The notes under the pieces are model-generated. The model did no database searches. It was given only the letters and a program-made list of their open reading frames with translations, and had not been told where the DNA came from. The translations under genes and the position numbers were made by a program. From Catajapyx aquilonaris (taxonomy: Eukaryota): DNA of 64,000 nucleotides. Positions 11,559 to 23,158 of the stretch are shown in pieces (position 1 is the stretch's first letter; every line of letters starts with the position of its first letter). The stretch spans positions 1-64,000 of the forward strand of contig JYFJ02000754.1 in NCBI GenBank assembly GCA_000934665.2, written 5' to 3'.

Positions 11559-14500
11559 TTTAGGAAGTAAGGTTTATTCCGGTCAGAATACTGCTGCAGA
11601 AAGTTGTCATCATCTAGTAATTTTACTCATTTAATTAACCGATAATTTTTTTAAATCATCCAAAGTTAGCTTATTAGTAACCCATGTGTGCTGATGATAC
11701 ACTGTTGATAGCCATGCAGTCTAGACATTGATATGGATCGTAACTTTAGTTTACTTTTTATGTAGTTTAGCAAGTCCAGTGGATATCACGCAGGATATGT
11801 TCACAAGGGAACGTAGGAAAGATTGCGAAAGGAGGTGGAAGTAGGAGGAGTGCCGAGTCAGTGGGGAGGTAATCAGGGTGTTGATATGATAAACATTTTT
11901 AAAATTTTCATTTCAATTCTCAGTAGTTATTTTACTCGGAGCAACATGATCAAAGAGGATGTACCTGATGTGCTGAAGTTCAGCTTTGAAGTCAATCAGT
12001 ATCCCTATTTTTAGCAACATTAATAAAATGTGGTTCTTAATTCTCCCCGTAATGTTTTTCTTTCAAAATGTATATGTAACCTCTATTAAGGCGCATGATG
12101 AAATGCCTTCCTCGCATTTATGCAACTGATTACAATGCATTTCAAGTTTTCAGTTGGGACCGCTCGCTGCTGTAGTGCGTACGCAGCACTGGGCACTGTG
12201 CTCCAAGGATGAATTCCTGGGCTGCAACTTTATTCGGTCATGTGACCATCAAAAACCAAGCTACTGAATTTATGAATAATTAATACTGCATTTTGCATAC
12301 TAATATCCGCACCTAACAGTCTCCTCCTCTGGTGAGGTCAGTAAATGTAAATTCTTGATTCTGATTAGCTATTGTATAATATTGTGGATGATGAGATACA
12401 TTGGCGCGGGGCTTTTATGGTCTGGTCGCCGTAACTCTGACACAGTCTCCTCTCCCGATCGTCCAGATTATAAGATAGTGTTGTTCAAAAGAGTGTTCGA
12501 AAGTTTCGCTTAGCATATATCCTGTGTGGTCTGATAACATGCCAGTGTTAATGGCCTTCTTCAGTGCCTGGCAGAACAAATCTCATCGTAAGAATATGAA
12601 AAGCCTGATAAAATATGGTTTCAGGACTGTATGTATACTAAAAGACATTTAACTTCTGATGCATGTACTCGTATTGCTCCTAAGATGTGTTGGACATGTA
12701 AGGTCACTGAGGGTTTATTGAAGGTGTGTAACATTATCTGGTTTTGAGTTTAGCATATGGGGGTCTATGCTTTGTCCTGTTACAGCTTGAGTATTATCGG
12801 GATGTATCCTGCACCCTAATGAGTGCCTCCTGAATAAGTAGGTGATTGAGACAGATCTCCTTGTGCAATGCCTTTGGTTGTTGCTTCGGTAATTTCTGAT
12901 ACTTAGCTTCTGCAATACCCCACCATAAACATCCTTGGGAAGATAGCCCAGACCATCATTGCTGATCTGTGACAAGGCAATTTTGTTGTCGTCCTTAGAA
13001 ACTACATTGAGGGTTTTTCAGAAACAGCAGCCGTGTAGTCATTTGTCTATAACCAAGTAAACATGAGTGGTAGGATTATGGCGCTGTGCAGTTACATTCA
13101 TGCCCTGCAAGTTCAGCCTTGAAAAGTTTAAAATACACATTCATAATACAATATATTAAATCATGCGTGTTAATGTGTAATACCGGTAATACCGATATCC
13201 GATAACCACACTGCAGAATATGACTTTCTTTATGTTTCACATGACAGTTGGCAAATTTTAAGTCTCACTTTATTTTCATGTGTCACTTTATTTGCTGTGT
13301 CCTCCTTCAGTCCATGGTAATGCATTATTATGGTACTTGTCAATGCCAAGCTCCTTCTCTATCCCTCCTTACTGTTGTAGGATTCTGGTGACTAGTCACT
13401 TTGCCTACAAACATCTCTCGTCGTCTCTATTCTTAAGAGGTCCACTCTGTAAACCTTAACTAATGTTCATCCAATAGGTCCTGAATGGTTTACATAACTC
13501 AAAATGTAAGGAGTGGTGCACTGGGAGGCTAAATAGTGCTTCTCGTCTTGTCGTCTGAGTTCACATGCTGAATTATTTTCACCTCTTGTAAATACGCAGT
13601 GTCTTGTCTATTAAGTTGGCTATTTAATTGGCTGCCTTTTACACTTGGACTCTGAACGCTGAACAAATATAGGCAGACTATTTTCTCTTTTTGAGCATAC
13701 TTACAATCATAATTATGTGAGAATGTTAATACCTCGTATACTGTACACTATTAATTACATTGTGGCTTTGTGTATGGTTCCATATACACGTATTATTGTC
13801 AGTGAATGATTCTGCTTCCTGACTAAGCATCTATGTATACTCTATTTGCATGAGCAACTTTGCCAATTTTTTTTTGTCAGAAATATGGAAAGATATTTTT
13901 TAAATGCTCTTCTTGGGGCAAAAAAACCAGTAAAGGTGTGATGCTTGTTATGTGGTTTTTCTGGCTTTGAGTTTAGCATGTTGGTGTATGCTTCTTAGTG
14001 TTGCGGCTGTGTGCTGGGAACGGTACCCTACATCTTAATAATAATGAGTGTTTATTGAATAAGTAGTTTATTGAAAAAGTACTCATGCTTGCAGTGGTTG
14101 CGTTGGTTGTCTTACTGTAAGATTTTGTTCCAGTGAATGGAGTGTCACCATCTGACAGAAATGCTGCTCAAAGGACAAGATGTCTGATGGCAGCATTTTG
14201 TTATGTCTGTGTCGATTGCTACTGCAGCTGCTCTTGTAATGTGTAGCTGGGAATCTTTGATTGAGTTGTTGTTGTGCATATGCTGTCTGATGTTGAGTGA
14301 AATTGCTATTAATTAGATTATTATTAACAATAGGCTTCAATCATATTATATCATTGTTACTGCCAAGCAGCATGACTTGTACTGTGACGCTAGGTTCTAG
14401 ATGGTTCACACCTAGGTCACGGAAGAGAGTACGGACAGTACTGTACTGTGCCGGACCTGGTTCGGGCTTCCGCCAACCGTACGGCTGGTGAGAGGGAAGC

Positions 14501-15139
14501 ACTTAAGTTGTCCGGTACGGTAATCCCATACTGCAGCGAACGGTCAAGTGGTACAGATCCCTCCGGACCTGACCGTTGCACTGATTGTGAGTATTGGATC
14601 GTGTATGGTTAAGGAAGATAGCTCGGCAGTACAGATCCCTGTGGGCCAAGCGTTGCACCTAGTGGTACCGACACCTGTACTGGGTCTGCCTGTAATAATA
14701 ACAACCTTTTCTCACGCCGAACTTGGACAGGACAGACAGTCAGTCGTGACCAGCCCAGGAGGGCAGAACCTCACACCTCCTGGGCTGCAGACCGACTGCT
14801 TGCCGACTGCCTGACTTGACCCAAGTACCTTTATTCAACAACTTGCTTTGTTATATGTTATCAATAACGTTGATATGGTTACAACTAGGCAACCAAAACA
14901 ATTACAATTACAATCATTACAAACACATTGATACAGTTACCATGAGTAACAGCTGGGCAACAAAACAATTATGCCCAGCAGCTCCTGCAGCTCTCCTGCC
15001 CTTGGTGGACGACCTCGGCAGGTTTTTCCTCCATAATGATGGATAGGAAGCTTGTCTTGGGTTCTGCAGACCCTGAGCTCCACATGTCATGGCCTGCAAG
15101 AGGGACTCTGCACGAGTTGAAAGGGGTGTCCCCGGACTG

Positions 15140-15525
15140 GGGGGTTTGATCAGAGTGGCGGAGGAGAAGTGGCAGGCCCGCTGGAATAAATCCTGCAATA
15201 AGCAGTATTTTCGGTATTTTCCTAGCGTCAAAATTAGCAAGGACACACTTATACATGGTCATACGGTGGCGGCTTATATCAGGCCATGGTCCTTTTTTGA
15301 CTTACCTCATCAGTGTTGGGATACGCAGAGGAGTGGGAGCTTGTCCGTGTGGTGTGGAGGCCTCCAAAATCCTGACCATATGGTATGGCATTGTCGTTTA
15401 CCGGGCCTGGAGGAGGCCCGTTCTAGGATTAGAAGTTTGTCGATGTGCTGTGGAGCAGGCTGGCTTCCGTCTGTGTATTTGGCGTCCTTTTTGAGAGCTG
15501 CAATGCTTTATGTTTGGCTGTAGAT
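15140..15525 (+). mobile_element. 3' fragment of a non-LTR retrotransposon ORF2 (R1/I-like C-terminal Cys-His region), frameshifted
   Basis: EEKWQARWNKS...RYFPSV, then RLISGHGPFLTYL...ACPCG and QNPDHMVWHC spread across two frames. Confidence 0.72.
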
Positions 15526-16122
15526 GTCCTGCTGTGAGGGAGCTGAATAAATCGGCCTGAATGGAGGCATTTGCTTTCATTTATTAGGTTTTAGTTCTAG
15601 GGTTCTCGTGCTGAGACTGTTTTTCTATTGGTAATTTTACCTCTAAGATGATGTGGTCTGTGGTTTTAATTTTTTTGTTTTGGTTTTTTTGTTTCCCCAC
15701 AGTCCACTTATTGGATTTTACTATGGGGTTTCTGTCTCGAGACGGCTTTTCCGTGGTCATTTTTAGTTTTAAGCCTGGGAGGTTCATGGTTTTAGGGTTA
15801 TGGCATTCTTGGTCCTCAACTCCAGTAGACTTTTGAGGAGCTTTGCTCCAGCAGGGGTGCACGGCAATATTGGCCGGGTCTTCCCCACTTAACTATTATT
15901 TAAAAGTGTTTACAATAGTAATTACAGATATTACATTACATAGAAGAGAATTATGGTCACTGGCCAAATGAAGCTACAGCATATTACGGTATTTGTGACA
16001 TTGGTGTTGTTCCATATGGCACGTACGATATTTTAATACATAGTGTATACTGTATAGTATAAACTTGTAAAGGCAGAGACATACGTACGGAAGCCCTGAA
16101 GGGCAAGCGTGTTTTTTTTATA

Positions 16123-16317
16123 TTAGTCCGTCACTTTTTCTTTTAGTCCGTCACTTTTTCTTTTAGTCCGTCACTTTTTCTTTTAGTCCGTCACTTTTTC
16201 TTTTAGTCCGTCACTTTTTCTTTTAGTCCGTCACTTTTTCTTTTAGTCCGTCACTTTTTCTTTTAGTCCGTCACTTTTTCTTTTAGTCCGTCACTTTTTC
16301 TTTTAGTCCGTCACTTT
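16123..16317. repeat. Minisatellite, 10 copies of 20-bp ttagtccgtcactttttctt
   Basis: Directly visible identical tandem units with no spacers; the last unit is partial. Confidence 0.97.
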
Positions 16318-17364
16318 ATATATTAGTTACAAGTGTCTCAATGTTGTTGGGATGTGATGTGCGTTCTTTTGGTGCAAACGTGCAGCTGTTGCCCAGCCTT
16401 TGACTCCAACAACATTTATCTGCTAGATTTGGATTTATTCTGACATTGCACAGCTAATGGAAGATCTGGGCTTTTCCATCTCAGTTTTATTAATACGTGA
16501 AATCTAGTTATTAACATTTATTGTTGTGCTTTATAGCACTCACTTTGGACCTTTTTGACCCAATGGCAGAAAGATGATATTCTGCAAGGCATGTTCGCAA
16601 GAAAGCAAATTAATTTTGTTTCCCCCGCACTACATAATTCGGGAAGTGTACTGGACATTATTTGTTGCTGTGTAGCAATGGGTTCTGTTTTGTGTGAATA
16701 ATAATTATATGAATAGTCGTCACTTCGAGATAATTTCTATAATATTTGTAATACTGTAATATTGTGGTATTAAATCTTCTCCAGAAGTTTTGTCATCTGA
16801 AGGGTAGATTCTACCTTCTGTTTTAGCGTGGAAATTATTTTATCTTGGCAGTAATCAGCTGATATGTATTACAATTTTGCTAGCATTTCCTAGTATGTTC
16901 GTCCTTTCGATTCCTCTGATGATGATGCATTATAATACCTGTTTTCGTCCTTCTGTTCTATCTTTTTGGCCTCCTACATCAATGTTGTCCTGGGTCATCT
17001 AACATGACACTGGGAGTGCCTACCCCTATCTGCCTATCACATCCCGACTATACACTTCCATATTTGGTTCGAAGTGGCCAATGAGTATTGTATGCCCTTT
17101 TCTTCTTTAAAGTCATCATTTTAAAGTGGTTATCAATAATGTTTGTGGTACTTGCGTGACTCAATAATTATTGGAATCCTATAGTTAGGGTGTAACCCAG
17201 TAGGCCTATATCACATGTCGCAAGATGCTGTCAGTGGGCTGCATTGACCTATGTCTAGGTTGATTGATACTCCAGGTGCTCTTGTAATGTGTAGCTGGGA
17301 ACACAAGTCTCGGAGTGAGTTCTCCATGTGCATCCTTGCTGTCTGATGTTTAGCGAAATTGCTA

Positions 17365-17960
17365 CAGGGTGTCCCACTACCACCCGAACCGGGAAAATGG
17401 CGCACAATTGGTAAACCACTTAATGTAGGGCGATGAAATTTTACGGGTACATACCTTGGTCTGTGACAGTAACATATTGTCATAGAAGATGCTGAAAGTG
17501 GCCCCCGTTTGCGTCCAAGAAAGTTTGCACACGACGCTCTATGTTCGCGAAAGTGCAGGCCAACATCTCGGGAGTTATCCCCTCAGTTGCGGCACGGATA
17601 TTTTCCTGCAGTGCTGGGATAGTTCTTGGTTTGTTTTTGTGGACCTGTCCTTTTAGGTAACCCCACAGGAAATAATCCGGTGGAGTTAAAGCGGGTGATC
17701 GTGGTGGCCAAATCCCCATGGAAATGACTCTGCCTGGGAAGAAGGAATTGATGACGGCCATGCTGACCCTCGATGTGTGGCATGTTGCTCCGTCCTGCTG
17801 AAAGTAGCCAAATCATGGATACAAGATTTGACGGAGGCTTCCGGCCACCAAACTTCTTCACGAATTCCACTTGACACTGCTTGAATGACTGGGTTCTCCA
17901 GTACGTGCGCACCAGAAACACGCGCTCTTCCAGAGTGTAGCGATACAGGGGATGGAAGCA
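17365..17960 (-). mobile_element. Internally deleted Tc1/mariner element (HTH plus C-terminal part of the catalytic domain)
   Basis: HTH-like YTLEERVFLVRTYW...FGGRKPPS and WPPRSPALTPPDYFLWGYLK...NGGHFQHLL*. One TIR, TA|cagggtgtccc, is at 17363; the other TIR was not found. Confidence 0.85.
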
Positions 17961-18203
17961 ACTGATGTTTTTAGTGCTAGTTTTTAAACCAATACTACAG
18001 TATGTCCTGCTGATAGTGATCACAAAGTCACCATTTGAATATTTCATAGCAATACAACATCCTATTCCACTGGCATAGGGCAGAGGTCTAATGCAAGGAA
18101 GACGTAAGAAAAACATTGGGTACAAGTGGTAATATCTATAATTATTATTTTGCGAATTAATTTAATTAATTTATATTGGCAACTGGATCAATTTTATCCA
18201 GAG

Positions 18204-18257
18204 ATTGCTGTGTCTGTCACTACTTATGTCATTGTTCTGGCGCAGTTCAGGGAATAA
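18204..18257 (+). pseudogene. Orphan terminal exon of a third Gr gene
   Basis: IAVSVTTYVIVLAQFRE*. The stretch tatgtcattgttctggcgcagttcagggaa matches Gr2 exon 4 at 29/30 nt and is preceded by intron-like ttaattaat...ccag. No upstream exons are visible. Confidence 0.8.
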
Positions 18258-21200
18258 TTTCCCAGGCGCGAGGCCTTTATGGTCAGGTTCACACAGTCAG
18301 CGATTAGCCTGTCAATATGCAGAGCGGCCGAGGTGGGGCACTGCTCAAAATCCAAGATTAATCCAATATATGGAATTCCAAGCAGAGCTGAGAAATACTC
18401 GAGGCCAAGACGTAAAGCAGCATACACTGTGTACAGTGGTGCATTAAAAACCTGTGGTTTTATGGTATCTACTGGGACCATTATCGGATTATCCATGGAT
18501 CTGGCGACACACTTGCATTCATGAGCACCGAGTTGCATATGGCAAAATTGTAAAATGTCGGCCACTGCCGCCTCATTACGCTATATAATTTAAGTGACTC
18601 TAGCCTGTGGAATACTGTTCGTAAAACTGGCACTGGTAATCTTATTGAATTAATTATGTGTAAAAGCACACTCGCAATGTGTCTGGTATCACTGCTAAAA
18701 AGAGTACACACGTCAACACTTTTCATGCAACAAATAGGTTATTGTAAACACGTACCTTAACGTATCGAAAATGATAGGTTAGATTGTGCTGCTGGACGTG
18801 TTGAATGGCCACCTCCTTTTCCAGGGCTTCGCGAATCTGTGACTGTCTGACATCAAAACTTTGTTTTAGGTTGATGTGCCACACCATCTGACTGACTGAG
18901 CACCCATAGAATGATTGGTAAGCATAGTCGCATAGATGGCTTTCCTAACCATCGCATCGTTTGTAGCTCAACCAACGGACGACCTCCTCCTTCAATCGGG
19001 CTCCGGTGGAGATCCTACGTAAAGCATGCGAATATATATAAGGAAAATCAAAGCTCTTGGCACTTGTAGCCTACTGTACCACCTTCAACATTGATGACTG
19101 TGTTTCAAAATGAATTTACATTTGTAATACTGTAATATTTTACCTTCTGGATACGTTTGTCTGTTGAAGTATAGATTCTAGCTTCTGTTCCACTTCTGTG
19201 ATAATATTGTTAGGTGGAAATTATGTCATCTCATTGGGCTGCCCCTGCAGTCATCGGGTGATATCGGAGACTAGGGTGATGGGACTTCCCAGTTGAAACC
19301 TCTCAATGTCATACCTCCCTATAGAGAACGAAGTCTGGAGACGATGAATTCTCTCTATTCGTCCTTCGCTTTCATGGTTATGGACTTCGGATTGATGTCC
19401 TCCAGGGTCATCCAGATGCGTTCCGTCCAGATGCGTCCTGTCCAGATGCGTTCGTCAGATCCTGACTACTCTTCCACATTCGGTTCAAAGTGACCAGCAT
19501 TAATTCATAAGAGATGTATAATTAATGTTACTGGTGAATGACGCAGAATTCATTCCAATCGTTGGTGGTGTACCACAAGTGTGGCTCTGCAGTTACATTA
19601 ATGCAGGGCAAGTTCAGCCTATGAAATACGGTATATGTTCAAAATACAATATTGTTAAACCTGTTCGTTAATGTGTAATGTTATAGCTGCAGTGACTAAC
19701 AGAAGTAACAGGTATGAGTTATTGGCAATTAATTTGTATTTTAAAATGTTTGCCCAATTATTCTGGGCAATAGGTTGCCAAAGAATAACTCAGAAATTTT
19801 ATTCATGATACTATCGCACAGGTTACCATGAGTAACCACTTCTGAATCCTGATACAAATGTGATGTGATTCTAGGAACAGGTCACAATCATGTAAACAAA
19901 TTGTTAGTTTTTATTTACAGTGATCATATTTCCAATGTATTTTTATGCAGTGTTATGCTTTGATGAGTAGTGCTAATTCTTGTTTTGTCATATGTACGGA
20001 ATTAGGTCTGTAAGTTTCTCTCACCACGTGTTCGGCGTATGACTTGTTCCAGAACTGAAGGTTGTTGCTCACCAATTATTCAAATGTGCCTTCCGACTAC
20101 AGAAATCCTATAGTTGGATGTGTGCTAGTATTTCTCAAGAAATAATTCTCATTTAATGTTATTATTCAGCTCGGAATTCACAAAGGCAGGGAAAGTCTGC
20201 ATGAACGAGTCAACTGCAATGTCTTGTGACACATTCTGTTTTAATTGGAGACACGGAGCTCGCTTTGACACGGACCACCACACTTTGACCCCACAATTGG
20301 ACGTAGGCTACTGGACACGTGTGACTCATTATGTTGGGCATTGCACATTTACCTGCAATGTGTGCTGAATCACACAGTGTCTGTAGTTCACAGTAAAATG
20401 CGCCAACATTTGCTTCTCATGACGTATATCAGTTTCAACAATATAATAATAATATATTAATACTGGTATAGAATTATTCAGAAATTTTAGCCGGGAAAAG
20501 TACTTGCTTATTTCTGTTCGTACATCTCCATGTCTGTATGGGGGCACTGCATCAAGGAACGAGATACGGTACTATTGTTATAAATATGCTAATTCTAGTT
20601 ATTGCCATTTATTGCAGTGCTGCTTTGTAACAATCATTTTGGGCCCAATACGAGATATTTTTGCAAGAAAATACATTATCTGTTGCTGTGTGCGATGGGT
20701 GACAGCTGCGATGGCGTTCGAAGCCTGTGGATAGTCGCCACATCAATAATAATAATACTATAATAATATTCATAATACTGTAATAGTGTGATGTTTAATC
20801 TTATCAATAGATTTTTTCAGCTGAAGTGTGGCTGTTCTAGGTGGAAATTATGGCATCTCTGCAGTTGTCAGATCATATTATTTTATTGTAATAATTTTGC
20901 CAGCACTTCCTATAGTTCCTCTGGATGTCATGCATAGATAGCACAATGTCTGAGGATGACGCATTAAATCCTATTAGTCCTTCCGTTTCATGGGTATTGA
21001 CTTCCTCCAGGGTCATTGTGGCAGCATACCAATGGTGCTTACTCCCATGTGTCTGTCACATCTTGACTACTCTTTCATATTTTGTTCGAAGTGGTCAGCA
21101 TAAACTCATAGAGAATAGTACAATTGAAATATAAATATAGGCGTCTTGATTCCTGAAGGTCCTCCATGATATATTTCCTGTGGAAAATCGAAATATCTCT

Positions 21201-23158
21201 GGCTAAGGCAGTCCCAGTATTTCTTCGTCAAGATTTTCATAACGTTCCTAAGAAATACGTACTGTAAAAAGGACGCTTAGTTTTGATAACTCACTGTGAA
21301 GATGAAAAATATATCAAAATTAAAGTGCCAGCGGTAATTTTGACGGGAGAATTTATTTTATTAATGTTATAATTGTAAGAATCATTAAATTGGATGTATT
21401 TAGGTCATGAAGTATTCGTACTATAGGATCTTCTTTGGGTATGTCTGGTGCTTCTTTGAATTGGATTGACGAGTCTATGGTCCTTTTCTTTCTTGAGAGG
21501 TTCATCATGGTGCCATTGGTCGGTCTTTTGTACACAAAAATGCATTACGCAGGCATTTTGGAAGCCCTTCGAATATTACGTTGAACCTAGAAGGTGATAT
21601 GATACATTTCAGCTGTGTAGAACCAGATATATTTTCTACAAATAGAATTAGAAAAATTGCAAGCGGACTGAACATGACTTCAATAACTTTTCGTACATGC
21701 CTCGTAGTGTTGGGGCTGTGTGCTGGAGACAATACCCAATATGCTTACTTAATAAGTACAAGGTAGTAGTTTGTAGTGTGGCAGCTTGATTCCCATTCAT
21801 TCAGTAATGGTGGCACAGCGTCGCTCTTTCTGTACTCTTGAGGATTTTGACTGGCCTTCCCCATATACACTCCAGCGAAATCCAACAAATATCCAGCTGA
21901 ATTCGGATAGTTGCTTGTGGCACTGCTGCTAGTTAATTGTGCTCCTGTCAGGCTCCTGTACACAACGGGATCGCTCGACGCTTGACTCAAATAAGCGACC
22001 CACAACCCACACCAGCACGATGCTCTTTCTGTAGGCCTACTCATGTCTGTGTTCGAGTTAAAATACATGTGGCAATGTTTCCCCAAACGGAAATATGATC
22101 CATTTAATTTTGTAGCATTTAATGCCCATTAGTTGCTTTGCGTTTTTCTAGCTGGATTCTCGGGTGACTGTTTATGTACATGTTTGCAAGTACGTGCAAA
22201 TTCCAGGTGTTGCAGCCAGTGTTCACGCACCCTATTATACGAACAATTAAATAAATATGGCAATATATTGCGACGTGGCGTTCTTTGGAGAGATTTTCAT
22301 GACTTTCCTAAAACTAATGAGTACGCTCATAATGAAGCTTAGCTTTTGGTAACTTGCTGTGAAGCTGAAAAATATTTTAAAATTAAAAGCGCCAGATGTA
22401 ATTTTGACTGGAGCATTTTATTCTAACGTTATAATGATAAGAATCGTCAAATTGTCCGTTTTTGTGGTAGTGATTCTCCTCGTTGAGTTTGCCTAGTATC
22501 GCTTGTGCTTCTCTAAACCAGATATATTGTCAATACCCTGAATTGGACTATTGACGAATCCTTTTTAGGTCCTTTTCGCTTCTGGTTTGACATGCACACA
22601 AAAATGCTATTTTGGCACCCCTTCGAACTTGACCTGATGCGTTGGACGTTATTGCACATTCCCCTTCCATCTTCGTAGTAATGCACACATGTCACAATTG
22701 CGTGTTTCGTCCCCCCCTCAAAAAATGCACGAAATTTATTTGCCGTCAACCCGTACGAATTTTTTCCTAATCCCTGTGGGTGTCCTAATTAGTCCAATCG
22801 TCTGGATGTTTGATGTGAAATGGCTACTGCTGGTCTCCCCATCGATTTTGGGATTCAACAAGTGTCGTCGTCAACGCAGTGGAGATACTCCTCCTGGTAT
22901 GTGTTGCCATGGTCGCCCGTCAACAAACTTTATTATTGACTCCAGATTCCGTGGAAGACACACGTTTTTTCCCCCCCTCCATCCATCCCCACCATTGACA
23001 CCAACCCTTCCAACCACCAGCAGGCCATGGAGCGCACTAAGACCAGACGACGCACCATCACTTTGGAGGGAGAGGACACCGGAGGAGGAGAACACCACCG
23101 CCATCAGAGACGCAGACCGCCCAACCAGCCCAAGAGGGTGCCTCCGAGCAGACTAAGC

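Larger units (their letters stand above)
12700..22760 (-). pseudogene. Cluster of decayed paralogous gene copies, probably leucine-rich-repeat proteins
   Basis: Mutually similar blocks: 13085-13180 vs 19583-19680; 14230-14310 vs 17280-17364; 16750-17090 vs 19125-19495 vs 20775-21100; 21300-21400 vs 22365-22455. Minus-strand remnants include QISNDGLGYLPKDVYGG, NLTILII..PVKITSGAFNF, ECNCT and a frameshifted NNLFT(CDC)DL, all with many stops. Confidence 0.45.

Noticed and set aside
16123..16317. CRISPR array
   Set aside because: The units are contiguous with no unique spacers, there are no cas genes, and the context is eukaryotic.
19373..19396. Minus-strand INPKSITM, identical to the dynein AAA2 peptide at ~30874-30897
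   Set aside because: The match is only 8 residues and the flanks do not resemble dynein. It lies within the decayed paralog family (compare ~20985-21015), so it is most likely coincidence.
19410..19460. 15-bp tandem triplication (tccagatgcg...) giving QMRSV repeats in ORF 19293-19493
   Set aside because: A short slippage repeat in decayed DNA with no support for coding.
22689..23156. 155-aa ORF upstream of the dynein
   Set aside because: It has no recognisable motif and spans an AT-rich to GC-rich transition, so it is probably promoter or 5' UTR.
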